From Escherichia coli (GTDB lineage: Bacteria; Pseudomonadota; Gammaproteobacteria; Enterobacterales; Enterobacteriaceae), in NCBI RefSeq assembly GCF_002854065.1, contig NZ_CP024147.1: a stretch of DNA of 64,000 bases. One strand, 5' to 3'. Below the pieces are notes generated by a model. The model saw only the letters and a list, made by a program, of their open reading frames with translations, ran no database searches and was not told the origin of the DNA. This document shows positions 24,726-34,268 of this stretch, one piece after another. Position numbers and translations under genes: made by a program. Numbering within the stretch: the stretch's first letter is position 1; the number at the start of each line of letters is the position of its first letter.

Positions 24726-25099
24726 AGATCTCCTGCAAGGTTTTCCCTGAGCAAATTTGCCAGACAGAGTAATCCAGCAAATCGTCCGGGGAAACCTTAC
24801 CTGTCGCAAACTGCGACTGATTGGTTAATTGTCGAACATTTAATCGACTGAAACGCTTCAGCTAGGATAAGCGAAACGTGGAATAAAAGGAATGATTGTC
24901 CAGTCAAAGAAGACAATTATCTGACTTACGTCACGTTTTCAGCCCCGCCCCTGTGGAATTTATTCCACTTTGCAGAATCACGAATAAGCGTAGCAAAATC
25001 TTTTCGTTGTGCCGTCACAAACCCTGACTTATATCAGAATATGACTGATGCAGCGTCGATATTATCCGCAATACGTCCGAGTTTCGGAGTACTCCAATG

Positions 25100-25528
25100 A
25101 TGACATTGCCCTACCCATATTCTTCCTCCGCACGCTTTTACGCACTGCGCCTCCTCCCCGGGCAGGAAGTTTTTTCCCAGCTACACGCTTTTGCACAGCA
25201 GCAGCAACTTCATGCCGCCTGGATTGCAGGCTGTACCGGTAGCCTGACTGACATCGCCTTGCGCTATGCCGGGCAAGAAGGCACCACGCTCCTGAACGGT
25301 ACATTCGAAGTGATCTCACTAAACGGCACGTTGGAACAGAGTGGTGAGCATCTTCATCTCTGCGTTTCCGATCCACACGGCACGATGCTTGGCGGTCATA
25401 TGATGCCCGGCTGTACCGTGCGGACCACGCTTGAACTGGTGATCGGTAGCCTTGAGGAACTGGCGTTTAGCCGCCAACCTTGCGCGCTTTCTGGTTACGA
25501 CGAGTTGCATATTTCCCCCGTTAAATAA
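25100..25528 (+). CDS. DUF296 (PPC domain) protein; first gene of accessory transporter operon
   Basis: 142-aa ORF MTLPYPYSSSARFYALRLLPGQEVFSQL...GEHLHLCVSDPHGTMLGGHMMPGCTVRTTLELVIG; PPC/DUF296-like pattern; 22 nt upstream of next gene. Confidence 0.6.
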   Translation: MTLPYPYSSSARFYALRLLPGQEVFSQLHAFAQQQQLHAAWIAGCTGSLTDIALRYAGQEGTTLLNGTFEVISLNGTLEQSGEHLHLCVSDPHGTMLGGHMMPGCTVRTTLELVIGSLEELAFSRQPCALSGYDELHISPVK

Positions 25529-25550
25529 CTACTTTCAGAGAGGTTTTCTT

Positions 25551-26129
25551 ATGGCGCGTAGCCACTTTTCCAGTCAGGCGCTGGTGTTAATCGTTATATC
25601 TATCGCCATCAATATGATCGGCGGGCAACTGGCCAGCATGGTCAAATTACCTATATTTCTCGACTCCATCGGCACACTTATTAGCGCGGTACTGCTTGGT
25701 CCGGTGATCGGGATGCTGACCGGTTTACTGACCAATTTACTCTGGGGATTGCTGACCGACCCGATCGCCGCCGCATTTGCGCCCGTGGCGATGGTCATCG
25801 GCCTGGTCGCCGGTTGGCTGGCGCGAGCGGGTTGGTTCCGCACCCTGCCAAAAGTCGTTGTCAGCGGCGTGATTATTACGCTTGCGGTAACGGTCGTCGC
25901 TGTACCGCTGCGTACTGCGCTGTTCGGCGGTGTCACCGGTAGCGGAGCCGATTTGTTCGTTGCCTGGATGCACTCGATGGGGCAAAACCTGGTGGAGTCG
26001 GTGGCGATTACGGTGATAGGCGCGAACCTGGTCGATAAAACTCTTACAGCGGTGATTGTCTGGCTTTTACTGCGCCAGCTGCCGATTCGCACCACGCGCC
26101 ATTTTCCGGCAATGGCTGCCGTGCGCTAA
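25551..26129 (+). CDS. ECF-type transporter substrate-specific (S) membrane component, substrate unknown
   Basis: Track ORF 25452..26129 trimmed to ATG 25551 after RBS agagagg; 192 aa, about five hydrophobic helices; stop overlaps next start (TAAATG). Confidence 0.6.
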   Translation: MARSHFSSQALVLIVISIAINMIGGQLASMVKLPIFLDSIGTLISAVLLGPVIGMLTGLLTNLLWGLLTDPIAAAFAPVAMVIGLVAGWLARAGWFRTLPKVVVSGVIITLAVTVVAVPLRTALFGGVTGSGADLFVAWMHSMGQNLVESVAITVIGANLVDKTLTAVIVWLLLRQLPIRTTRHFPAMAAVR

Positions 26130-26837
26130 ATGCATCCATTTACCTCATTAACACTATGGGCATTGGCGGCCTGCACCACGCTTATCCTGCCCGCGCAGAC
26201 CATTTTGCCGATCTATAGCGCGGCGACCTTTTTTTGCCTTATTGCGCTAAAGGCCACGCGGCGGCGGGCAAAATATGTCGCCTGGCTGATGTTCTCGCTG
26301 GGAGCCGGGCTGTGGCTGGTACACGGTGGCTGGCTAACAGAATGGCTAAGCGGCACGCCGCGTTCGCCGGAGCGTTGGACGCATGCTATTACGCTCTGGT
26401 TGCGGATTCTGGCGATTGTTTCAACCTCACAGTTGTGGATGCAGTACGTCCCCGTGCAATGTTTTATCCGCGCCCTGTTCGCCTCCCGCCTGCCGCCGGG
26501 CGTCGCTTATCTGTTTGCCGGGCCGTTATTGGTCGTTGAGCAATTAAAACGGCAATTAGCGATTATCCATGAAGCGCAGCGCGCCCGCGGCGTGCCGCTT
26601 GATGAAGGCTGGTATCAGCGTTTACGCGCGATGCCCGCATTAATTATTCCGCTAACACACAATGCGCTAAACGATCTTGCTGTCCGTGGTGCGGCGCTGG
26701 ATATGCGGGCATTTCGGATCCACAACCGACGAACAACGTTGTGGGCACCAGCCGATAGCACCCTACAACGCGTAGCGCGTTACACCATGATCTTGCTGAT
26801 GCTGACAGAATTCGGAGCGTGGATATGGTTACGTTAG
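26130..26837 (+). CDS. ECF/cobalt-type transporter transmembrane (T, CbiQ-like) component
   Basis: 235-aa polytopic membrane ORF; operon position between S component and ATPases. Confidence 0.6.
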   Translation: MHPFTSLTLWALAACTTLILPAQTILPIYSAATFFCLIALKATRRRAKYVAWLMFSLGAGLWLVHGGWLTEWLSGTPRSPERWTHAITLWLRILAIVSTSQLWMQYVPVQCFIRALFASRLPPGVAYLFAGPLLVVEQLKRQLAIIHEAQRARGVPLDEGWYQRLRAMPALIIPLTHNALNDLAVRGAALDMRAFRIHNRRTTLWAPADSTLQRVARYTMILLMLTEFGAWIWLR

Positions 26838-27502
26838 AACAGTTCCGTTATTGCCCGACACACTCAACGCATCCTCCGTTCTGTTATGACTTTCACTATG
26901 TCAAACCGGGGATGGTCGCCATCTTTGGTGACAACGGCAGTGGCAAAAGTACGCTGGCGCAACTGATGGCGGGCTGGTATCCGGACTTTCTGCCTGGAGA
27001 GATTGCAGGCACGGGAACGCTCCTCGGTACGCCCGTTGGGCATCTCCCGCTTAATGAACAATCCGCCACCATCCAGCTCGTCCAGCAATCGCCCTATTTG
27101 CAGCTCTCCGGCTGTACCTTTAGCGTGGAAGAAGAAGTTGCCTTTGGGCCAGAAAATCTGTGTCTTGCTGAAGCAGAGATTATGGCGCGGATTGATGCCG
27201 CCCTGACTCTGACCGAGTGCCAGCCGTTGCGCCATCGTCACCCGGCAACACTCTCCGGTGGAGAGACACAGCGCGTGGTCATCGCCTGCGCCATCGCGAT
27301 GCAGCCAAAGCTATTAATTCTTGATGAAGCCTTTAGCCGCCTGACGCCGCAGGCCAGCGAAATGCTGTTGCAGCGCTTACAACACTGGGCGTTTGAACGT
27401 GGTTCGCTGATTATTCTTTTTGAACGTCATCGCACACCTTTCCTGAACTACTGCCAGCAAGCGTGGCAATTGCAAAACGGAGCGCTCCAGCCACTATGTT
27501 AA
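26825..27502 (+). CDS. ABC/ECF transporter ATPase subunit 1 (canonical motifs)
   Basis: Walker A GDNGSGKST, signature LSGGETQR, Walker B LLILDEAF; alternative GTG start at 26819. Confidence 0.8.
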   Translation: MVTLEQFRYCPTHSTHPPFCYDFHYVKPGMVAIFGDNGSGKSTLAQLMAGWYPDFLPGEIAGTGTLLGTPVGHLPLNEQSATIQLVQQSPYLQLSGCTFSVEEEVAFGPENLCLAEAEIMARIDAALTLTECQPLRHRHPATLSGGETQRVVIACAIAMQPKLLILDEAFSRLTPQASEMLLQRLQHWAFERGSLIILFERHRTPFLNYCQQAWQLQNGALQPLC

Positions 27503-28173
27503 CGTTAAATCAGATAACTTATCGCTGGCCTGACGCGGCAACGGATTGTCTTTGCGACATTTCTCTGCAACTCAAACAAGGTGAATGGTTGGCTCTGACC
27601 GGCGACAATGGTGCAGGAAAATCGACGCTGTTACGAGTAATGGCAGGTCTTCTTACGCCCACAGCCGGTACGGTTATGCTGCAACAACAGGCGATGAAAA
27701 ACCTGAAAAACCGCCAGCGCGCGGCAAAGGTTGGCGTACTGTTTCAGGAAGCGGAAAACCAGCTTTTTCACAGCACCGTCGCTGACGAGATCGCATTTGG
27801 TTTGAAACTGCAAAAATGCCCGGCGGATGAAATCACTCAACGTACCAATGCTGCCCTGCAATGCTGTCAGTTAGCAGACACTGCCAGCGCGCACCCGTTG
27901 GATCTGCATAGTGCGCAGCGACGGATGGTCGCCGTCGCCTGCCTGGAAGCACTCTCTCCGCCACTATTGCTGCTGGACGAGCCGAGTCGGGATTTTGACG
28001 AAAATTGGTTGAGCGTGTTTGAAAGCTGGCTGGAGAAGTGCCGCCAGCGAGGCACGAGCGTCGTAGCAATCAGTCATGACGCCGCATTTACCCGGCGTCA
28101 TTTCTCTCGTGTGGTGCGACTGGAAGATGGTCTAATCAGGAACATTAATCCACCAGACGATATTCACCCGTAG
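27496..28173 (+). CDS. ABC/ECF transporter ATPase subunit 2 (degenerate signature motif)
   Basis: Track ORF 27463..28173 trimmed to ATG 27496 (ATGTTAA overlap with upstream stop); Walker A GDNGAGKST, Walker B LLLDEP, signature replaced by LHSAQRR. Confidence 0.75.
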   Translation: MLTLNQITYRWPDAATDCLCDISLQLKQGEWLALTGDNGAGKSTLLRVMAGLLTPTAGTVMLQQQAMKNLKNRQRAAKVGVLFQEAENQLFHSTVADEIAFGLKLQKCPADEITQRTNAALQCCQLADTASAHPLDLHSAQRRMVAVACLEALSPPLLLLDEPSRDFDENWLSVFESWLEKCRQRGTSVVAISHDAAFTRRHFSRVVRLEDGLIRNINPPDDIHP

Positions 28174-28858
28174 CGGTCATCATTAAGGTCAAATTTGCAG
28201 GTAGACTCTCTTCCAGCACCCGGCGAACATTCGGCCCGTCGGTACGGTCATAAAAAGCTTCTGCGTCTGCCAGCGATACCCCTCCCGCCAGCTTGCGCCC
28301 TACCAGTCGTTCCCGCAACGCAGTAGCTGGCGCGTTGATAAAGATCGAGAATTCACAAAATTGCGCAAGCTGGCACCACTTCTCGTCGTCCAGCAACAAC
28401 CAGTTTCCTTCGACGATGACGAGTGGTGCGGTAACGTGCAACGCATCTTCAACAGGATCATGCTTTTGTCGATCGTACTGCGGCCACGTACAATCCCCTT
28501 CCACGACCTGGCGTAGATTTTCCGCCAGTTTCGCAACGTCAAATGTCTCTGGTGCGCCTTTGAAGGGGCGCAATTGATGCGCATCCAGCCAGCTATTGTA
28601 ATGGTGAAAACCATCCATCGGCAGCGTCTGAATAGCGGGCAGTTCCGGGTCTTGTTGCGCGAGATATTCCCAGAAGGTGGTTAGGGTTGATTTACCCGTC
28701 CCCGGCGGAGCGCAAAGAAAAACCACCGTACGCCGCTGCGGATTTACCGTCTGTAAGGCCGCCAACATGTGCAGCAACGGTTTATGTACATTTTCAATCT
28801 CTTCGTTCTGGTACTGTGCCTGTATCTTCAGCCCATTCACCGTTAATTCAATTTTCAC
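28145..28858 (-). CDS. yggC: P-loop nucleoside/pantothenate kinase-like protein YggC
   Basis: 237-aa ORF with Walker A APPGTGKST; convergent with the ATPase gene. Confidence 0.85.
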   Translation of the reverse strand: MKIELTVNGLKIQAQYQNEEIENVHKPLLHMLAALQTVNPQRRTVVFLCAPPGTGKSTLTTFWEYLAQQDPELPAIQTLPMDGFHHYNSWLDAHQLRPFKGAPETFDVAKLAENLRQVVEGDCTWPQYDRQKHDPVEDALHVTAPLVIVEGNWLLLDDEKWCQLAQFCEFSIFINAPATALRERLVGRKLAGGVSLADAEAFYDRTDGPNVRRVLEESLPANLTLMMTATGEYRLVD

Positions 28859-29364
28859 GGCGTTAATTCCTTTAAGGTGGTCGTTACTGCCAGCGTCAGC
28901 GCCGTTTTGACCATTCCGCTAAAACGCGCCTCTGACCAGACGGCGAAATCGGCGAACTTCATCGCTTTCAACGCGTCATAGAGCGTCGCATTGCAGGTTA
29001 TGCTATTGACGTTGCTGATAAAATCCCAAGTCATGTCATCGGCAAATCCGGGCGTTTCATCCTGTTCTTTCAGGTAATGCCAGTACTGGGAAAAATGCGT
29101 GATATCGGCGTACAGCCATTTATCCATTTTCCCCAGCGCATAAATCAAACGCAGTGCAACATCAATATCGTCAAGCGGGCCGCTTTGGGCGAGTAACGGC
29201 TTCACTGCATATTCCACGATCTCTTCATCATTATCGACAAACAGCGACGGCAGAAACTGGCGTATTCCCTGGAGCAAAATAGAATGCGCAGTTTTCATAA
29301 ATGAAAATAAATTGTCCTGTGCATCCAGTTGTTCAAGCACATCATCTTCTGTCAGCGTCGCCAT
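28855..29364 (-). CDS. yggD: YggD (FumE-like / MtlR-related) protein
   Basis: 169-aa ORF MATLTEDDVLEQLDAQDNLFSFMKTAHSILLQ... Confidence 0.85.
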   Translation of the reverse strand: MATLTEDDVLEQLDAQDNLFSFMKTAHSILLQGIRQFLPSLFVDNDEEIVEYAVKPLLAQSGPLDDIDVALRLIYALGKMDKWLYADITHFSQYWHYLKEQDETPGFADDMTWDFISNVNSITCNATLYDALKAMKFADFAVWSEARFSGMVKTALTLAVTTTLKELTP

Positions 29365-29385
29365 TGGTCTTCCGATAGATCACCA

Positions 29386-30351
29386 TCAATGCAGGGAGTC
29401 TATTATATTACACGTTTGGTCCGCGCCGCCGATCAGTAATGTCTGCGTCCGCACCCCATTCGCCGTCTGTTGGATACCGTTCACCAGCTCACCGCCCGTC
29501 ACGCCCGTAGCGCTAAAGAGGATATCGTTCCCCCTCACCAGTTCATCGAGCGAGTACACACGGTTAACGTCAACGCCCATTGCCTTGCAACGCTTGCGCT
29601 CCTGCTCTGCAATCTGCCGATTTTCCGTGTAATCCCCTTTAGCCTGACAAAAATCGATTAATTCCGCCTGCATATCTCCGCCTAACGCTTTGACTGCACA
29701 GGCAGAAATCACGCCTTCTGGCGCACCGCCGATGGTGTACATCACATCGTAAGGATTATCCTGCCAGCAGGTCAGCACGCTGGCGGCGACATCGCCATCC
29801 GGCAGGGCAAAAACCTTCACGCCCAGCTGTGTTGCTTCTTCAATCGCGGCACTCAGACGCGGTTTATCCAGCGTAACCATGCGCAGCTTGTCCAGCGGTT
29901 TACCTAACGCCCGCGCCACGTTACGCAAGTTGTCCGCCAGAGGCAAAGACAGATCAATCGCCCCGGCAGTCAGTCGATTAACAACCAGCTTTTTCATATA
30001 CATATCGGGCGCATGTAACAGGCTATCTCGAGGGGCGAAAGCCATGACCGCCAGCGCATTGCTCTGCCCCATCGCCACCATCCGCGTGCCTTCAATGGGA
30101 TCAACCGCGATATCGACTTCTGGCCCATCGCCTTTGCCCACCTCTTCGCCAATCCACAGCATCGGCGCATGGTCAATTTCTCCTTCGCCGATAACCACTC
30201 GTCCACGAAAAGCGACTTCGTTTAATGCCTGGCGCATCGCGGTGACCGCCAGGCCATCAATTTTATTTTTGTCGCCACATCCGGTTTGCGGCCAGGCAGC
30301 CAACGCTGCCTGTTCCGTAACGCGAAATAATGGCCACGCCAGGGACATCAT
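29386..30351 (-). CDS. yggF: fructose-1,6-bisphosphatase class II (GlpX paralog)
   Basis: 321-aa ORF; GlpX-family FBPase. Confidence 0.88.
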   Translation of the reverse strand: MMSLAWPLFRVTEQAALAAWPQTGCGDKNKIDGLAVTAMRQALNEVAFRGRVVIGEGEIDHAPMLWIGEEVGKGDGPEVDIAVDPIEGTRMVAMGQSNALAVMAFAPRDSLLHAPDMYMKKLVVNRLTAGAIDLSLPLADNLRNVARALGKPLDKLRMVTLDKPRLSAAIEEATQLGVKVFALPDGDVAASVLTCWQDNPYDVMYTIGGAPEGVISACAVKALGGDMQAELIDFCQAKGDYTENRQIAEQERKRCKAMGVDVNRVYSLDELVRGNDILFSATGVTGGELVNGIQQTANGVRTQTLLIGGADQTCNIIDSLH

Positions 30352-31625
30352 TGCGCGGCCTCCCCGATATCAACGCCAAATTGTGCCAGCAGATATTTCT
30401 CGGCCTGTTCATTCCAGATGCCGTGCGTTTCCTCAACCAGCCGCGCCAACTCTTTAAACAGCGGATCGGTTTTGCCTTTTTCGGCAAAATCGGCAATGGC
30501 AGTGAGCGGCATGGTCACGCCGTTATAAATGAGTTTTTTACCGCCAGGGATATCCGGCAGATTGAGCACGGTTTCTGGCACCGCATCCAGGCCACCGATA
30601 TGGGTCACCATAAACGACGGCTGTAACTGCCTAGTGGCGCTAAGGGCAATCGCCTCTTTCATGTCGTCCGTTGAACCGCCGGATGTACCGACAACGTGCG
30701 TGCTGTTGTAATGAACGTTGTAGAAATTAAACGGCACTTTGAAGTTTTTATCCGTCGGCCCGGCAAAGAAGTTCAGACAGCCATCTTCCGCCAGTAATTC
30801 ATCAGCCATCTCAACGACAGCAGGCACCGCCGCATAAACAAAAATGTCATCGAACCCGGCATCTCCTGTCAGCGCCCGCAGCATCTGGACAGGATCGCTC
30901 ATCCCTTTGGTATTCACATACACCAGCTCAATGCCTTTACTGGCCGCCAGTTCCACCGGCAGCAGCTTCTGTACCTGCGCCAGACGTTTGTCGTCGATAT
31001 CGACCACCACCACCCGCGACGGTTGTATGCCGCCGTTAATGGCGTAATCGATAGCGCCAATGCCCATCGGACCTGCACACGCCAGCAGTGCAATATTGCC
31101 GCCAGGTTTGACGCCCATGCGATGCTCATAAACATATTGCGTGGTGTGATAATTGGCATGATAAGCACCAATAATGCAGCACATAGGCTCTGCCAGCGAC
31201 GCCGCAGCAAAATAAGAGCCGTGATACGGTAATACGCAGCCCAAATTAATGGCGATTTCGGGAATAATCATATAAGTGGCATTGCCGCCAAAATATTCGT
31301 AGCTGTAGCCCGCTGAATATCCGCTTGGTAACCCCATCGCCGGTTGCAATACAAAACGCTGGCCTTTTTTATATTTGCCAGTGAGATTTTTACCCACTTC
31401 GATAATAACCCCGGCACATTCATGCCCGGTAATGACCGGATGATTTTCTAAATCGTCGGGTACGCGTTTATGTTCACTACCGAGTAACGCCGCTTTCCAG
31501 GTGGATAAACAGACGCTGTCAGAAATCACACTCACCAGTAATTCATTATCGGTAATTTCTGGCAGTTCAAATTCGCGCAGACGGACATCCCGCTTGCCAT
31601 AAATAGCAGCAACTTTGGTTTTCAT
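30348..31625 (-). CDS. yggP: zinc-type polyol/sugar-phosphate dehydrogenase YggP
   Basis: 425-aa ORF MKTKVAAIYGKRDVRLREFELPE...GHECAGVI; MDR superfamily. Confidence 0.85.
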   Translation of the reverse strand: MKTKVAAIYGKRDVRLREFELPEITDNELLVSVISDSVCLSTWKAALLGSEHKRVPDDLENHPVITGHECAGVIIEVGKNLTGKYKKGQRFVLQPAMGLPSGYSAGYSYEYFGGNATYMIIPEIAINLGCVLPYHGSYFAAASLAEPMCCIIGAYHANYHTTQYVYEHRMGVKPGGNIALLACAGPMGIGAIDYAINGGIQPSRVVVVDIDDKRLAQVQKLLPVELAASKGIELVYVNTKGMSDPVQMLRALTGDAGFDDIFVYAAVPAVVEMADELLAEDGCLNFFAGPTDKNFKVPFNFYNVHYNSTHVVGTSGGSTDDMKEAIALSATRQLQPSFMVTHIGGLDAVPETVLNLPDIPGGKKLIYNGVTMPLTAIADFAEKGKTDPLFKELARLVEETHGIWNEQAEKYLLAQFGVDIGEAAQ

Positions 31626-31639
31626 TTTTACCTCTGTAA

Positions 31640-33028
31640 TCAGTGTTTATGTTCGGCGGTTAATTGATTAAATAAAGTGTCGAGTTTTGGATCGCCAATA
31701 TAGTTATTAATCAATATCAGTGGTTTATCCGTCACACGTTTCACGCGCCCTTCCAGACTGGCATGAGTAACGACGATATCCGCATCCGCAGGCACGTTTT
31801 CTATGGCGTAATGTTTTACTTCAATTGCCAGCCCCGCTTTTTCCAGGCGTTTACGGAAGGTGGTCGCGCCCATCGCACTGGAGCCCATCCCCGCATCGCA
31901 AACAAAGGCGATACGCTTAACCCTGCTTAACGAGAATGCACCCTCTTGTTTCATCGCCTTAACCGCATTGGCTGACTGAGCAAACTCATCTTCGCTCTCC
32001 GTTTCCACCGTTTTTTCCATCTTCAGTATCAGCGAAGTGATAGCAAAGGACACCAGGGTACCTACCGTAACACCGGCAATTGTCGCCAGGAACGAACCTT
32101 TCGGCGTCAGCGCCAGGTAAGCAAAGATAGACCCCGGACTTGGGCCAGCCACCAGACCACCGTCCAGTAAGTTAAACATCCAGGTGCCAGACATACCGCC
32201 CGCAATCATGGCAATAATAGTCAGCGGCTTCATCAGCACATATGGGAAATACAGTTCGTGGATGCCACCGAGGAAGTGAATAATCATCGCCCCGGGCGCA
32301 GAACGTTTACTCATCCCTTTACCAAACAAGGTAAACGCCAGCAGCAGCCCCAGGCCCGGACCTGGGTTAGAGGCCACCATAAAGAAGATGGATTTACCGT
32401 TAACCGAAGCCTGTTGCATTCCCAGCGGATAATAGACGCCCTGATCGATCGCATTATTAAGGAAAAGCACTTTCGCCGGTTCATTGATGACTGACAGCAG
32501 AGGCAGATAACCCGCATGTACCAGCGCCTCAATACACTCTTTGACGAAAGTATTGGCAATTAACACCGCCGGGCCGATCACTTCAAAACCCAGCAGACAA
32601 AGGAGCATCCCCGCGATACCTAATGAGAAGTTATTGATAACCATCTCAAAACCGGCAGGTATGCGTTTTTCCAGTGCCTTATCAACATATTTTATGACCA
32701 GACCACCGAGCGGCCCCATAATCATTGAGCCAAGGAACATCGGGATCTCTGCGCCGACGATCACACCAATAGTACCTATTCCGCCCATGACCGCGCCGCG
32801 TTTACCGCCGACCAGATGACCACCGGTAGAACCAATCATCACGGGCAATAAATAGGTAATCATCGGGCCGACAATTTTGGCGAAATGTTCGTTAGGCAGC
32901 CAACCGGTGGGAATAAATAACGCAGTAATAAAACCCCAGGCAATAAAAGCACCAATATTGGGGATGACCATTGCAGTCAAAAAGCCCCCAAAAGCCTGGA
33001 CCTTTGCACGAGCAGACTTGTTTTCCAT
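31640..33028 (-). CDS. cmtA: mannitol-type PTS enzyme IICB (cryptic)
   Basis: 462-aa membrane ORF MENKSARAKVQAFGGFLTAMVIPNIGAFIAWG... Confidence 0.9.
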   Translation of the reverse strand: MENKSARAKVQAFGGFLTAMVIPNIGAFIAWGFITALFIPTGWLPNEHFAKIVGPMITYLLPVMIGSTGGHLVGGKRGAVMGGIGTIGVIVGAEIPMFLGSMIMGPLGGLVIKYVDKALEKRIPAGFEMVINNFSLGIAGMLLCLLGFEVIGPAVLIANTFVKECIEALVHAGYLPLLSVINEPAKVLFLNNAIDQGVYYPLGMQQASVNGKSIFFMVASNPGPGLGLLLAFTLFGKGMSKRSAPGAMIIHFLGGIHELYFPYVLMKPLTIIAMIAGGMSGTWMFNLLDGGLVAGPSPGSIFAYLALTPKGSFLATIAGVTVGTLVSFAITSLILKMEKTVETESEDEFAQSANAVKAMKQEGAFSLSRVKRIAFVCDAGMGSSAMGATTFRKRLEKAGLAIEVKHYAIENVPADADIVVTHASLEGRVKRVTDKPLILINNYIGDPKLDTLFNQLTAEHKH

Positions 33029-33055
33029 AATATTATCCTGTAGAGGAGAGAGTAA

Positions 33056-33499
33056 TTATCCGCGGCTGATAATGTCCGCTAATTGTTTTTCTGATGATGC
33101 TGTTAAGAGTTGTTCGAGTATTTCTTCTTCGCACAGTAATTCACTTAACGCCTGAATAGCGCCAATGTGCGAATCGGCATCGGCAGCAGAGAGTCCGATG
33201 AGTAATTTAATTGGTTCGTCATTCCCCGGAAAATAAACACCTTGTTCAAGTAATGTCAAAGACATCCCGGTTTTAAGCGCCCCACATTCCGGTCGCGCAT
33301 GAGGCATTGCCACGCCTGGTGCGAGAATATAATAAGGGCCATTGTTGATGGTGGAATCTTTAATAGCCTGAATGTAATTCTCGCTGATATAGTTTTTATC
33401 CAGCAATGATGCCATCGAGAAATCGATAGCTTCCTGCCAATCTTTTGCTGAATGTATAACTGAGATTGATGATTCTGGAAAATAATCACTAAGCCGCAT
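33056..33499 (-). CDS. cmtB: mannitol-type PTS enzyme IIA (cryptic)
   Basis: 147-aa ORF; PTS EIIA(Mtl) fold with active-site His region GVAMPHARPE. Confidence 0.9.
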   Translation of the reverse strand: MRLSDYFPESSISVIHSAKDWQEAIDFSMASLLDKNYISENYIQAIKDSTINNGPYYILAPGVAMPHARPECGALKTGMSLTLLEQGVYFPGNDEPIKLLIGLSAADADSHIGAIQALSELLCEEEILEQLLTASSEKQLADIISRG

Positions 33500-33570
33500 A
33501 AATTATCCTTATTTTATTTTTAGGGTGCCGTCCGGCGGTAAAAATAAAATACTCGGGTAATGACTCCAAC

Positions 33571-34074
33571 TTATTGATAGTGTTTTATGTTCAGATAATG
33601 CCCGATGACTTTGTCATGCAGCTCCACCGATTTTGAGAACGACAGCGACTTCCGTCCCAGCCGTGCCAGGTGCTGCCTCAGATTCAGGTTATGCCGCTCA
33701 ATTCGCTGCGTATATCGCTTGCTGATTACGTGCAGCTTTCCCTTCAGGCGGGATTCATACAGCGGCCAGCCATCCGTCATCCATATCACCACGTCAAAGG
33801 GTGACAGCAGGCTCATAAGACGCCCCAGCGTCGCCATAGTGCGTTCACCGAATACGTGCGCAACAACCGTCTTCCGGAGACTGTCATACGCGTAAAACAG
33901 CCAGCGCTGGCGCGATTTAGCCCCGACATAGCCCCACTGTTCGTCCATTTCCGCGCAGACGATGACGTCACTGCCCGGCTGTATGCGCGAGGTTACCGAC
34001 TGCGGCCTGAGTTTTTTAAGTGACGTAAAATCGTGTTGAGGCCAACGCCCATAATGCGGGCAGTTGCCCGGCAT
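33571..34074 (-). CDS. insB: IS1 InsB' frame (expressed as InsAB' by -1 frameshift)
   Basis: 167-aa ORF overlapping insA 3' end; IS1 transposase catalytic region. Confidence 0.9.
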
Positions 34075-34268
34075 CCAACGCCATTCATGGCCATATCAAT
34101 GATTTTCTGGTGCGTACCGGGTTGAGAAGCGGTGTAAGTGAACTGCAGTTGCCATGTTTTACGGCAGTGAGAGCAGAGATAGCGCTGATGTCCGGCGGTG
34201 CTTTTGCCGTTACGCACCACCCCGTCAGTAGCTGAACAGGAGGGACAGCTGATAGAAACAGAAGCCAC
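33993..34268 (-). CDS. insA: IS1 InsA (transposition inhibitor / N-terminal part of InsAB' transposase)
   Basis: 91-aa [46 protein letters not shown]... Confidence 0.95.

Noticed and set aside
24810-25100. Riboswitch (TPP, FMN or cobalamin) in the leader of the ECF-type operon
   Set aside because: No recognisable conserved riboswitch core elements by eye; only a short palindrome was seen. An Rfam scan would be needed to exclude it.
26819-28173. The two overlapping ATPase ORFs as a single frameshifted fused ATPase
   Set aside because: The second ORF has its own ATG at 27496 overlapping the upstream stop as ATGTTAA, which is ordinary translational coupling; each ORF is a complete single ATPase domain.
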